64,000 bases of DNA from Williopsis jadinii (taxonomy: Eukaryota), in assembly GCA_024346625.1 (NCBI GenBank), contig AP024664.1:1798001-1862000 (forward strand), given 5' to 3'. Each line of letters begins with the position of its first letter. The stretch's first letter is position 1. Made by a program: the position numbers and the translations under genes. The notes beneath the pieces are model-generated. The model saw nothing but the letters and a program-made list of their open reading frames with translations, did not search any database and was not told the origin of the DNA. Of this stretch, positions 53,227-64,000 are shown one piece after another.

Positions 53227-54480
53227 GAGGGGACGGCGGTGAGCGTGGGCAGGACCGATCTCAATATGTGGGCCAGGAAGAGCGAATAGGGGGAGTTGAG
53301 GTTCTAACACTGTCAATTACTTCATAAGGGGTGTCCAGATGGGCTCAATTGGGCTTACACATGGAGCTGGAAGTGCTCGCATGGTGTGAAAGCTCTTTGC
53401 AAGACGATTCAGGGTTTCAAAACTCGTGTAGTGTTGTTTAAAAGCTTTGGAGGTGACTGAATTGGATTATGTCTCAACGCAACGTTTTAGCTGTAGTCCA
53501 TTGTTGACGATTGAGGCCCGGTAACATGTTCTGGGATGATTTGTACTAGCTTAGGTGTCAATAAGCATTAACAAATCAGTTTGATATATTTTTTTCGAAT
53601 TTTTAATTTAAAAAGAGATGGGTTCATTTTGTATCATATGATTTAATACGCCAATTAAATTTGTCATAAAGAAAAAGCCTTAATGTTTCAGTATTTTGTG
53701 ACAATTCAGGTAGTTAGGTTGAGTATAGTTTATCTCATTAGATACAATAATGAATAACTGTCGAAAAACAACACTAAAATAGCTGTATATTCAAGCTTTG
53801 TTTAATCGCTTTTATGCGATAATATTAGGGCTTGCTGGGTCAAATGGTGACATGAAACATCAGGACACCATATCTTAGCCTGCTAAACGATATACATTGA
53901 TTTGAAAGACGAGTAAGTCCAGAAAGGACAATCGATTGTTTTGTGCTTAGCGAAGGTTAGAACGTGGTCAGACTGGATCACAGGCTCCCCTGTTGTTTCT
54001 CCAGTAGTTGAATAGTCCATTTGTTGCCCAATAGTCGAAGTGGAGGCCCATTGTTTCTCATTATTTCTGTTGCCAGATCACTCTCAGCATTCATTGAGTC
54101 GACAACGAATCTAATCATGTACTTGCTGGAGAGAACTTACGCCCACAGATTCCACAGATGATTGAATCAGTACTTCAACAATTGACCATTATAGTTGGAC
54201 AGAGATGGGACAGACTACACATCACTAGCCATCAAACCTTACGATACATATACTCTCTCTGTCATGTACCGATTGCTTGCATCTAACTGTTCTTTATAAT
54301 GCTTTGAACCACCTAAAACACCGCACCTGAAACATTAAATAACTATTTAACCACTGCCTGAGGTAGTACATTCTACATCTTCAACAATAATTTACATTGC
54401 GAGCTATAAATAAAGATTTGAGCTTCAATAACCCCATTTATGCTCCTGACTCACTAAATTAATTTCTTAGTATTCAATTC

Positions 54481-54551
54481 GGGCGGTTAGTTCAGTGGTA
54501 GAATAAGTGCCTTCCAAGCACTAGGCATGGGTTCGATTCCCGTACCGCTCA
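54481..54551 (+). tRNA. tRNA-Gly(TCC), copy 1
   Basis: GGGCGGTTAGTTCAGTGGTAGAATAAGTGCCTTCCAAGCACTAGGCATGGGTTCGATTCCCGTACCGCTCA; anticodon stem AGTGC/GCACT; T9 terminator. Confidence 0.96.
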
Positions 54552-55397
54552 TTTTTTTTTGAATTCACGTATGCCGGCATTGAAAACTGATGCATAACCG
54601 TGCGTTCCATGCACATTCGATGAGCGGATCGTCAAAACAGCCAGTACCACTACAAACTTGTCTATGTAGTGTACACTGCGATGGATTATAGAAAACAGTT
54701 TCATCTTTCATCAAAGAAGATCAGTGTATCAATCGAGCCCGATCACGGGTTCCCCCTCTGAATCAGCATTGACTGGAAGTTGTAATTTGCTGTTCGTAGT
54801 CAGCCACCAATAGTAGGTAGGCTGACAACTGTGCCTAACAAAGTGCTACACGGAATTGGAGAGTGATGTCGACAAATTCTTGAGGTACAGTTGGTGAATG
54901 TGCCGTTACTCTTGTCCATAATATTTGCTGTCGACGAATTTTGTCTTCAATCCGAATCCCTTCCTGTCTGAGTGGACACTAAGAGAAGAGATACAACCAG
55001 AATCATTCTTCGGTATTCATCCTTCCCAGGAATAGTTCCGTTGCTCTTCGACACGGAAACCCTGTTATGTTCAGCCAAAGTACTCTTCTTCTACAGAATA
55101 CACCCGACTCCTCACTTATCTGAAGCAGAACATAGCATGACTATATTTGACACTTTCAGTGTTCACATGGGTTTACCTTAGCTCTTTTGGAACTCTGGAA
55201 AAAACATAGTTAGAAGAACCTCAATTTGAGGAGTGTTGATTATTCCAGGTGATTATACTGGCGTCGTATGGCCTCAGATACTCATCGACTAGACATTAGA
55301 CCATTTCCCAGTGCCCACATGATAAATCACCAATGATTAAAGCAATCACAACAACTCTTAGCAAAACAATGCCATCTGGGCGAAACTTCAACGATCC

Positions 55398-55468
55398 GGG
55401 CGGTTAGTTCAGTGGTAGAATAAGTGCCTTCCAAGCACTAGGCATGGGTTCGATTCCCGTACCGCTCA
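55398..55468 (+). tRNA. tRNA-Gly(TCC), copy 2
   Basis: Identical 71-nt sequence to copy 1, followed by a T-run. Confidence 0.96.
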
Positions 55469-55957
55469 TATCTTTTTTTTTCGCTCAGCGCTGACTTGCA
55501 CAAGGTGCCCGCACCAATGATCACGTGACTTAAACGTACTTCTTTTGACGTTGGTCTTCGTGGGCAGAATCTATGATTCATTAACGAGAGCCAGCTCACT
55601 GTGATTTGACATAGTGTACTGCTCTTGGTAATATCGACTCGTCAGTAGTCATTTCAAGGCGAAAGGACTGGAAGTTTTTGCAGGTCTTTCTGTAATTTTG
55701 CTAAGTAACAGCACAATATATTTAAGAGCTCTTCGAATGAATGCAATCGCATTCAAATATCACGGGAAGGTACAACTTCTTTAATTAACACCGGAGACTT
55801 GTAGATCATATCCAACGATTTCAGCTACACTGACGTGATACAAATAGATACGAGTTTATAAGAACGGATATCTTTAAAGGCAGAAAAAGTAATAACGCAT
55901 TATCATAAGAAACAACAAGATCAACAGAGAAAGGCGTTCAGAGAACAACCCACCCAT

Positions 55958-57241
55958 CTAAACTTTGATTTCAGTTTCGTTGTCCCAGTTGGCTCTTATG
56001 AATCTCCAATGTACTGCAGGAGCAGATGCCTTGTCATCTTTATCACCAACTTGCGTACCACTGACAACGTCTCTTCTTGACAAATTTGCGAGGGAGGCCA
56101 ACTCGACCAGAGGATCAGCAGCTTCACCGTTCTTTGGACTGGAATTGACATCAACTTCGTCAAACCATCTCGTTTGCCAGCTGGTTCCACTCTCTGATTC
56201 CTTTTCACGCAACTCACGTTGTGCAATCTCAATAGTTGACTTCTCCTTATGGATAAGATCGTAGTTACCAATTTTGATGGCGTCGGCAACCGATTTCCAA
56301 GCCTTACGAGACTCCAAATCGTTCTGTTCCTCAATTGGCTTAACAACAAGGTGTTCAGGGTTCTTTGAGTGGGCATCGTAGAACAACTCATCCTTTTCCT
56401 TGGAGTTACCCTTACTAATGTAGGAAATACCACTCCATTGGCCAGAGATTGTATAGAGGGCGTTCTCTTTGCTCTTAGATGCAGCAAAGTCCTTGTAGAT
56501 ACGAGCTTTAAAGCTGTTCTTCTTTCCACTAAAGTAACCCTTTCCACTGTACTCTATAACGGTGATGTAACCAGAGGAGGATTGGATAAAAGAGCGACCT
56601 TCAAGTTCAACGTATGGTGAGGCAAGGATCAAACCTTCAATGTGCAACGGAGGCAAAGTACACAGGAACGATTCACCAAGCTCCTTGAATTCCAAGATAG
56701 CATGACCGAATTGCTTAACGTTGATAGAAGTGGCAGAGATAGAAGCCCTGATACCGTTGTAACCTTGTAGTTGGACTTTGTTCTTGTCGTTAAAGATGGC
56801 ATAAGCAGTCTCTGGGGGATGATGTGACACCTGCTCTGACAACAAGATGGTCTCACCGAGTTTCTGGTCCTCGCTCTTGTCCACCCACTTACCCAAGAAC
56901 AGTTCACCGAGGAATGGATTCAACGGCTTCTTCTCAGAACCAAGCTCCTCGTTTCTAGAGCAGTACTGCGATCTCAAAGTAGAGATAAACCATCTGGTGA
57001 CTGCAACAATACGCTCAAGGGCAATTTTATCAGCGTCTGGCCCGTTCAGGGACTCCTTGTCGCCTATGAAGTTTGGTGCAATGAGTAAATCCGGATGCTC
57101 ACCCCAAAACTGTGAGAACTCAGACAACGATGTCGAAGACAGAATGAAGGGAGGCGCAGTCAGCGAGGACAAGTCACCATTGTATGAAGCGATGGACTTG
57201 AGAAATGACGTCCAAGATGAAGATTTGGATGCGTCTGTCAT
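55958..57241 (-). CDS. KES1: Oxysterol-binding protein Kes1/Osh4
   Basis: [48 protein letters not shown]; first ATG at 57241. Confidence 0.94.
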   Translation of the reverse strand: MTDASKSSSWTSFLKSIASYNGDLSSLTAPPFILSSTSLSEFSQFWGEHPDLLIAPNFIGDKESLNGPDADKIALERIVAVTRWFISTLRSQYCSRNEELGSEKKPLNPFLGELFLGKWVDKSEDQKLGETILLSEQVSHHPPETAYAIFNDKNKVQLQGYNGIRASISATSINVKQFGHAILEFKELGESFLCTLPPLHIEGLILASPYVELEGRSFIQSSSGYITVIEYSGKGYFSGKKNSFKARIYKDFAASKSKENALYTISGQWSGISYISKGNSKEKDELFYDAHSKNPEHLVVKPIEEQNDLESRKAWKSVADAIKIGNYDLIHKEKSTIEIAQRELREKESESGTSWQTRWFDEVDVNSSPKNGEAADPLVELASLANLSRRDVVSGTQVGDKDDKASAPAVHWRFIRANWDNETEIKV

Positions 57242-58326
57242 TTTGTCCTGGTTGTGAGAGTGTTTTCTGAACTTCACGGTGGGCAAATCTTTCCTATAAT
57301 TTAAATTTCCCTCTTTTTCAAATTGGCTAGTACTTGCCCCTTTTGATCAATTGAACAGTGGAATCAGAGGATAGTGTCCAATAACCTTGTCCAAGTGTGT
57401 TCACGTCTTAATAATAAATTAAGAAAAAGGCAACAAGAGAGAGAGAGAGAGAGCGAGAGGGTAAAAAAGGGAGTAAACGAGAAGAGGCACAGGGGGAATT
57501 TTTGCTGAAAAATCAACTTTGGAAATCCCGGTGGTCGTGGTTTTGTGCTGCTAATGATAAAATGTGCCTATGCGAGTAAGACAATGGACAAAAAGTTCAA
57601 GTTCTAAGTTTGGGACTTGGACAAGGGACAAGTCAAACAGAGCTTTATAGATGTGAGTTGACTAGAGGATTTATATAAAATGGGTTAAGAGGAGTATTTA
57701 CAAGGACAAAATTGGGGTCTATCACGCTTTCGACGTCTCAACGACAGGAAGTCTCCTGTCCAAAAAAGCGTCTGCCCAACGAGGAACACCAACGCGTCCA
57801 CTTTTTTTTTGCTTTGTTGTTGTCCCTAATTTTTTTTGTCCCGTGTCATTGTGCCTTGTTCTGTTCAAGTTGATCCCACTCTCTGATCCCGCTCCCTGCC
57901 TAGCCTACATAGAACTTTCTTTGCTTCTTATTCGGCCATATGAGAGTATTGGAAAAACCTTCCGATGTTTGTCCTTTTCTTACGGCTGAAATCAAATTAC
58001 CCTGGTATTACCGCCTAGAGACTCGTCATTTGATATGTAGTCTTGGGACAGTTTGTGTCCGTTTTCCCCTTCGATTTGTCCTGAGCTCTTTTCCGCGGTG
58101 GGGGGGGGGGTGCTACTTCCCTTAGCGCGCCGGTTTAGACTTATTTCACGCTAAAATGTATGTCGTTGTGTTGCGTGAGAGGGAAAAAGGTCTACAAGGC
58201 TCGGTTCTTGTGCTTCCCGTGTTGCCGAGATAAAAATACGAGTTTTTATAAAGACAAGTCACGTGAGTAGGATCAACATGACGATTCATTGCAGTAAAAG
58301 ATTATTAGTACTCTTACACATGGCGT

Positions 58327-58920
58327 TTATTTCAACTTATATAATGTGAATTCGTATTGGAAGGTGCCTTCTGTTTGTTTTTCATCCGGCTTGAAACCCA
58401 GGTGTTGCTCCAACGCGTCTCTTGATGTCTTTGTATAGTTGTCAAGGATGAATTCCTTGTCCAAGAAGGTATCCATGGGGACTTCAACGTCTTGAGAATT
58501 GCTATAGACCTCAGTTATGAGTAAATCGTCAACCAACTTGTTGTAAAGACAGTGGTTGTACAGCTGGGCACCGCCCATGATAAACACTCTGTGGATGGTA
58601 TCCATGGAGTTCAAAGCGTCCAGTGCGCTCTCAACCGTGTTGTAATAGTGGACGTTGTCCTCATTGGGCAAATTACTCAAGGTTGAGCTAATGATGACAT
58701 TCAACCTGTTTGGCAAAGGTCTGAATTTAGCGGGAATGGACTCCCATGTGTTTCTACCCATTATAACAGCATTCTGATGCCCAGTTGGCGCGTTCGTAGT
58801 AACTGTCTTGAAGTACTTCATCTCATTGCGAAGCTTCCAGGGCAGGGCATTTTTGAAGCCGATGCCAAAATCAGGAAATAGCGTAGCAACGATTAGTGAT
58901 AACGGTTTACCTTTGGACAT
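58327..58920 (-). CDS. DFR1: Dihydrofolate reductase
   Basis: GIGFKNALPW, EMKYFK, NAVIMGRNTWESIP.KFRPLPNRLN, IMGGAQLY. Confidence 0.96.
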   Translation of the reverse strand: MSKGKPLSLIVATLFPDFGIGFKNALPWKLRNEMKYFKTVTTNAPTGHQNAVIMGRNTWESIPAKFRPLPNRLNVIISSTLSNLPNEDNVHYYNTVESALDALNSMDTIHRVFIMGGAQLYNHCLYNKLVDDLLITEVYSNSQDVEVPMDTFLDKEFILDNYTKTSRDALEQHLGFKPDEKQTEGTFQYEFTLYKLK

Positions 58921-59220
58921 TTCTTTGGTTGATTATTTGTCTCTATCCTGATACGTGATCACGAAGACTTTCTTATCCACCGATTAACGACTGCTTTAAT
59001 GAGTGGATTATTTTAATGTCTATGACGCGCTCTTTTATTGACTTTTTGCAGATCCACGAGTGTGTGCGGGAGCGCAAAAAAAGTAAGCGATGTCTTCAAG
59101 TGAAGAGACAAGACATAGGACAAGGGACAAGACACAAGACACAAGGGACAAAATATATCACATTGGACACGACGTGAAGTCAGCATTAGCCACTACAAAA
59201 CACAAGAGGAACTCGACGAA

Positions 59221-59687
59221 ATGACCACAACAAGCTCACATATAATCTCACCTCCATTCGCTGAAGACGTTCAACTCCTCTTGAACGTGCCAAAGCACAA
59301 ACCGATTCTGGGGCATAGGAACAAGGTTGCGATATCAGTGTTCATAGCACCACCAGGAACAGCCAATGTACCAATTGGGTGCTATATCTATGGACTATAC
59401 GACGTAAGGACCACTATAACCACTCTACACAATCGAACACCGACTGACAGTTACACCACCAGATACGAAGAAGCCAGGTCTACCAGACAACCCTCAACAA
59501 TAGCCAGGAGCCCCTGTTCGACATGACCAAGAGGATCTCTCATGTGATTACGAAAAAGTACCAGTGCCCAACCTATGTGTGTTGCACTGGTGGCATCGAT
59601 CCGTTGGCAGTCTTGGGAATCATCAAGGAACTGATAACGATCATCAACGAGCAATGGACCGACGAAGACAACGCAGGACAACCATAG
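59221..59687 (+). CDS. POC4: Proteasome assembly chaperone Poc4-like; exons 59221-59403 and 59463-59687
   Basis: Intron GTAAGG(59404)...GACTGAC...CAG(59462) gives a 135-aa ORF (IGCYIYGL, VYQTTL, KKYQCPTYV); KES1 and NOP53 nearby as in S. cerevisiae. Confidence 0.7.
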
Positions 59688-59815
59688 CCCACCATAGTCA
59701 GCAACAATATACAAAGCATTGGAGTTTCCTTAGATCAAACTTGTACCCACATACTCAGGCTACGTTCCCTCACTAAGTATGCCGAATGCGGAAATGGTTA
59801 TGAAGCCCGCGACGA

Positions 59816-59850
59816 TGAAATTTTTTTTCCCACTTCCTCTGCGATGAGCT
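59816..59850 (+). promoter_or_regulatory. RRPE and PAC ribosome-biogenesis elements upstream of NOP53
   Basis: TGAAATTTTT at 59816 and GCGATGAGCT at 59841. Confidence 0.7.
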
Positions 59851-59923
59851 TCTTGCACTCTTCACTTCAATCCCCATCGCCTGGTACAATTGATTAGGTT
59901 GACCAAGGGCTGTGTGGATCAAA

Positions 59924-61198
59924 ATGTCATCTTTGAACAGACCTCAACAGAAGAAGCAACCGAGTCGTAAGGGTAAGAAGGCTTGGAGAAAAAACATCGA
60001 CATTGACGACATAGAACAGGCTATTGAAGAGCGTCGTGATGAAGTGATTGCATTCGGTGAACATGCCGACGACTTGGACCATGACAAGCTGTTCACGATT
60101 GACGTTGCTGGTGATGAAAAGCTTGCGAAGAAGAAATCTGTCAAATCATACAAAGTCACAAAGAGCTCGGAGATCTTGGCCCAGAGATCGAAGGCTCCGG
60201 GTTTTGTCAATGCTCATAAGAAGAGTGATGACAAAGTTGGCGGTGTGAAGAAGAAAGAGATCCATAGACTGATGAAGTTGGCAGGCAGGGTACAAGGTGA
60301 GTCACAGGTGAAGACCATAGTTGCCAAAGAAGGTATCATTAATACACCTGCGTACGATGTTTGGGGAGAAGTTCAACCACAGCATAAGAAGTCGAAGAAG
60401 GACAATGTTTCTAAACCAGAGATCTTGGAGAAATTCAGCTCCACAAGCTGGACGAAGGCTAAGAACTTACCAAAGACCATCAAACATGCTCCATTAAAGG
60501 TCAGAGACTTTGAAAAGCTGCCGCACGCGGGTAAATCCTATAATCCATCTCTGGACTCCTGGAAGTCTTTGATTCAGAGAGAGTTTGAGAATGAGAACGA
60601 GAAGGAACAGAAGAGACTGGCACTAGAAGAGCACAGGGAGAAGATTCAACTTTTGATTGAAACACTGGAGGCTAAGGAGGAAGACGATGATGGTAATGAT
60701 GACGACGAGGATGATTCAGAAGAAGAGGAGAAGGCCGAAGACAGCACCTCTCTTTCCTTGAATAAACCAACTGCTCTGAAAAAGAAGACCAAGACCCAGA
60801 GAAACAGGCAAAAGAGACACCAAGAACGTCTGGAGTTGGAGAAACAACTCAAAGATCTGAAACACCATATCCACGAGTTGGAAAAACTGCCAGTATACGA
60901 ACAACAAGTCATCACTGCAGTGACGAAGAAGGACAACTTTGACCATGAAAAGGATCTGGTTGCAAAGAGAAACAAACTTGGATCCAAGTACAAAGTTGAG
61001 GATTCCATGGTTGAAGTGAAACTCAGCGACGAGCTATCCGATTCTCTAAGAAAGTTGAAAGCTGAAGGTAACTTGCTCTACGACCAGATGAGATCCATGC
61101 AAAGTAGTGGTAAGATTGAGACCAGAAGACCAACCAAGCAGAAGAGAAAATACTCTCCAAAAATCACTGAGAAATGGACCTATAAGGATTTCAAATGA
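59924..61198 (+). CDS. NOP53: 60S biogenesis factor Nop53
   Basis: QPSRKGKKAWRKNIDI, LFTIDVAGD (arch-interaction motif), PHAGKSYNP, LSDELSDSLRKLKAEGNLLYD, EKWTYKDFK. Confidence 0.95.
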   Translation: MSSLNRPQQKKQPSRKGKKAWRKNIDIDDIEQAIEERRDEVIAFGEHADDLDHDKLFTIDVAGDEKLAKKKSVKSYKVTKSSEILAQRSKAPGFVNAHKKSDDKVGGVKKKEIHRLMKLAGRVQGESQVKTIVAKEGIINTPAYDVWGEVQPQHKKSKKDNVSKPEILEKFSSTSWTKAKNLPKTIKHAPLKVRDFEKLPHAGKSYNPSLDSWKSLIQREFENENEKEQKRLALEEHREKIQLLIETLEAKEEDDDGNDDDEDDSEEEEKAEDSTSLSLNKPTALKKKTKTQRNRQKRHQERLELEKQLKDLKHHIHELEKLPVYEQQVITAVTKKDNFDHEKDLVAKRNKLGSKYKVEDSMVEVKLSDELSDSLRKLKAEGNLLYDQMRSMQSSGKIETRRPTKQKRKYSPKITEKWTYKDFK

Positions 61199-61394
61199 GT
61201 ACTGGGGTTTTCCGGGATTTAAGGAAATATTAGCGTATATTTTACCTGTAGTTATCCATCATTGTCGTACTATATCAGTATACCACTAATGTTGTTGATA
61301 CATCCGGACACCACCACTGCTCTGGAGAGCTTTCAGTCCGAGCTTTCAGCAGCAGTAGCCTCCATCTCAGAATGAGCTGACAGTGCGACGGACG

Positions 61395-62153
61395 ATGGCT
61401 GCTGGACACTTGGTTATTGTTCCAGGACACGGGATATGGAGGGGCACAAACAAGGGAGAAGCCTCCGAGGATTGGCTTTTGGAACCGTTCCAAGTGGAAG
61501 GCCATGATCACCTGTACTTCATCAAGCATATAGAAACTGCACTGCGTTTAGCAGATGACGATTCTGAAGCAATCGTGATGTTTTCTGGCGGACAGACCAA
61601 GAGACAGGCTGGGTGCATGTCAGAGGCACAGAGCTACTATCTGCTGGCCAGAGAGCTGGTCAATGGGCTGGCGTTGAAAAGGTTGGATGAATCCTTGGAG
61701 AGATGCCATACAGAAGAGTATGCACGGGACAGCTTTGAGAACGTGCTGTTTAGCATCGCAAGATTTAAGGAGATTACTGGATCGTACCCTGAGAGAATCA
61801 CTATACCAGGGTTTGAGTTTAAGAGAGAAAGGTTCATGAATCATCATTTCAAAGCGTTAAAATTTGACCTCAACAACGTTACGTATATAGGGTTAGGGCC
61901 TAAGCCTGATTACGACGAGCAGAGTACGCAATGGCTCAAATACTTTGACGATTTGAAGAAGGCAGAGTATAAGAACGCCGTAAGCCAATTCACCAAGGAC
62001 CCTCTGGGGAATGGCCCTGTTCTTGGAAGTAAAAAGAAGAACAGAAACCCGTTCAATAGACAACATGGTTATCTAATCTCTTGTCCAGAGTTGCAACCTT
62101 TGTTTGGAGATTCAGAGGGACTGGATGCTTATACCCCACCATGGACAAAGTGA
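61395..62153 (+). CDS. DUF218-like protein (YOR238W homolog)
   Basis: HLVIVPGHGIW, WLLEPFQ, FSGGQTK, SEAQSYY, EEYARDSFENVLFS, FKRERF, RNPF. Confidence 0.8.
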   Translation: MAAGHLVIVPGHGIWRGTNKGEASEDWLLEPFQVEGHDHLYFIKHIETALRLADDDSEAIVMFSGGQTKRQAGCMSEAQSYYLLARELVNGLALKRLDESLERCHTEEYARDSFENVLFSIARFKEITGSYPERITIPGFEFKRERFMNHHFKALKFDLNNVTYIGLGPKPDYDEQSTQWLKYFDDLKKAEYKNAVSQFTKDPLGNGPVLGSKKKNRNPFNRQHGYLISCPELQPLFGDSEGLDAYTPPWTK

Positions 62154-62231
62154 TTATGATCATTAGAGCGAGAATGATATATAATAGTAAAGCTTGTATT
62201 AGACACATAACTCTCCTAACATAGCACTGTT

Positions 62232-64000
62232 TCACTTAGACGTTGGTGGCTTCTTGGATACAGCCTTCTTTAGGGTATTCTTCAGCCCACGGCCTGGCTT
62301 GGATGGTGGTTTTGATGATGATGTAGAGGATGATGATTTTGAAGACGAATTAGAAATGATAGACGGTGATCTCTTTAAGGAACTCAATGAAGGCTTTGGC
62401 GATGGCTTAGAAGGCCTTGGACTTCCTCCAGAAGTAGTAGTTGCATTTGAAGCCTTCATAGGAGAAGCACGTCCAAGATTGGCACCAGGTTTTGCCAAAG
62501 GCTTTGGCAAAGGCTTTGCTGATGGTTTCGAAGTCGCATTTGAAATGGTAGCGGGTTCAGTCTCAATTTCCTGAATAACCTCTACTGAAGACTCAAGCAT
62601 CTTTGAAGCAGTAACAATTGTGTCGTTAACCTCGTGGCCATCAAGTAACAACTCTAACGTGTGCTTGCGCCCTTCAAGCTTAGCAACGTCCTTAAGTTTC
62701 TCTTCGATCTGTTTAATCTCCTTTTCGATAGAAGTAATGGCTTGGTCAGAACCCATCGTTTCAAATATCCAATCACCATTCTCTTGAATTTCCAATAGAT
62801 AATCATGGTATTTAATCAACAAAGGACGATGAGACAACGTGATGAAGGCGAACTTCTTCTGTTTCAACAAATCAAACAAATACGCCTCAATATCGGAACT
62901 AATTGCGTTGGTTGCCTCATCCAAGATGACAAACTTTGGATTCTTGAACAAGATTCTTGCAAACTGTACTCTTTGCTTTTCACCACCGCTCAACACGTCT
63001 TTCCATTCTTGAACTGAATCAAGATAACTCAATCCACATTCACGATCCAACAAGTATTCAAGCTTGACCTCTCTCAATATTTGAACCAAGTCAAGATCAG
63101 TAACACCTCTATCCAACATGTCTGCATAGGAAAGGGGATAAATTATTTGATCTCTTAGCGTTCCTGTACTGAAGTAAGGTCTCTGAGGTAGGTATATGAC
63201 ATCATCTTCACTTGGCTTCGAAAGTAAACCATCATACAATGGCCATAATCCTGCAATGATTCTTTCAATTGATGTCTTGCCACAACCATTCATACCCAAG
63301 ATCAAAATACTTTGATTACTCTTCAAGCTGAAGTCCAATTCCTTGATGAGTTTAATCCCATCATGACCGTTCTTTGAAGGGATAATAACATTGATCTTCT
63401 CAAATCTTAAACCGTTGTAATGGTATTGTACAGTACCTCTTAACGTATTCACGTCGGACTCATCACCATAGTTGAACTCGGCAGCATGAACTTGATGAAG
63501 AACAGTTAGCAAAGTGAACACCCTGTCGGTATAGCCTGTCAATTTGGAGATATCCTTGAGAGAGTACATCAATCTTGAACCTGCATCAGCCATCGAAAGC
63601 ATCAATCTCTTATTCACAATGAACTGGCGCATATTTCTATCTTCTGTACTTCTTTTGACATCATCTTGCAAAGATGCCAAAAAAATAGGAATCGAGATGT
63701 AGAGATATCCTAAAGCGGACCAAGTATACTTCAATAGATAATCTTCAAGGAAAGTATAGCGTACTTTAATTCTGTTGATCTTGAAGATGTGGTCCATCAT
63801 GTTGTTGTACACTTTGTTGATCTTGATCTTCTCCAACATGGTTCCATTATAGAAGGCAATTTCTTCACCGTTGTTGATCAAGTTCAAGTGGTCATTATAG
63901 TATTCACCTTCTAACGAGGACTTCTCCTTGCTCAATTTTCCAAACGGAGGGGTGAAGCATTTCAATATATAAGCAGTGGTGAAATAATTCACAAAGATAC
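62232..64000 (-). CDS. PXA1: Peroxisomal ABCD fatty-acyl-CoA transporter subunit Pxa1, 3' part; runs off the window end
   Basis: EEIAFYNG, MADAGSRLMYS, Walker A GMNGCGKTS, LPQRPYFS.GTLRDQIIYP, LSGGEKQR, ILDEATNA. Confidence 0.92.
   Translation of the reverse strand, partial: IFVNYFTTAYILKCFTPPFGKLSKEKSSLEGEYYNDHLNLINNGEEIAFYNGTMLEKIKINKVYNNMMDHIFKINRIKVRYTFLEDYLLKYTWSALGYLYISIPIFLASLQDDVKRSTEDRNMRQFIVNKRLMLSMADAGSRLMYSLKDISKLTGYTDRVFTLLTVLHQVHAAEFNYGDESDVNTLRGTVQYHYNGLRFEKINVIIPSKNGHDGIKLIKELDFSLKSNQSILILGMNGCGKTSIERIIAGLWPLYDGLLSKPSEDDVIYLPQRPYFSTGTLRDQIIYPLSYADMLDRGVTDLDLVQILREVKLEYLLDRECGLSYLDSVQEWKDVLSGGEKQRVQFARILFKNPKFVILDEATNAISSDIEAYLFDLLKQKKFAFITLSHRPLLIKYHDYLLEIQENGDWIFETMGSDQAITSIEKEIKQIEEKLKDVAKLEGRKHTLELLLDGHEVNDTIVTASKMLESSVEVIQEIETEPATISNATSKPSAKPLPKPLAKPGANLGRASPMKASNATTTSGGSPRPSKPSPKPSLSSLKRSPSIISNSSSKSSSSTSSSKPPSKPGRGLKNTLKKAVSKKPPTSK

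Noticed and set aside
53560..53830. Point centromere
   Set aside because: AT-rich but no CDEI/CDEIII arrangement flanking it
57290..59200. U3 snoRNA expected near DFR1/POC4 from S. cerevisiae synteny
   Set aside because: Could not find the conserved U3 box A sequence on either strand

Overview
Gene-dense budding-yeast (Saccharomycotina) chromosome segment using the standard genetic code (CTG falls at conserved Leu positions) with short TACTAAC/ACTGAC-type introns; a Cyberlindnera/Wickerhamomyces-type yeast is my inference. It holds about 35 protein genes, most recognisable as S. cerevisiae orthologues in partly conserved order (CFT2, SNF6, RGI1, UGA4-like, PIC2, FCY2 x2, PKP1, RSM18, JHD1, AGE2, GCN4, NPR3, XDJ1, PDS1, RPA14, MRX14, MRPL1, TMA64, APC4, GEP5, HOM2, RKM5, HNT1, KES1, DFR1, POC4, NOP53, PXA1), plus 3 tRNA genes. 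The main find is a decayed rolling-circle transposon (Helitron/Helentron RepHel N-terminus) at 41.2-43.1 kb. It is invisible in the ORF track and bounded by a perfect 14-bp inverted repeat. It sits beside a divergent GIT1-like/PhoD phosphate-scavenging pair with Pho4-type sites, and together they interrupt the MRX14-MRPL1 synteny. Other points: an enolase pseudogene with three separate lesions, a tandem old-yellow-enzyme pair in which one copy lacks the catalytic Tyr, a four-uORF GCN4 leader with a self-binding site, an XDJ1 with no straightforward AUG, a BCAS3-like gene, and inverted FCY2 duplicates. Gene names come from recalled motifs and synteny, not database searches.
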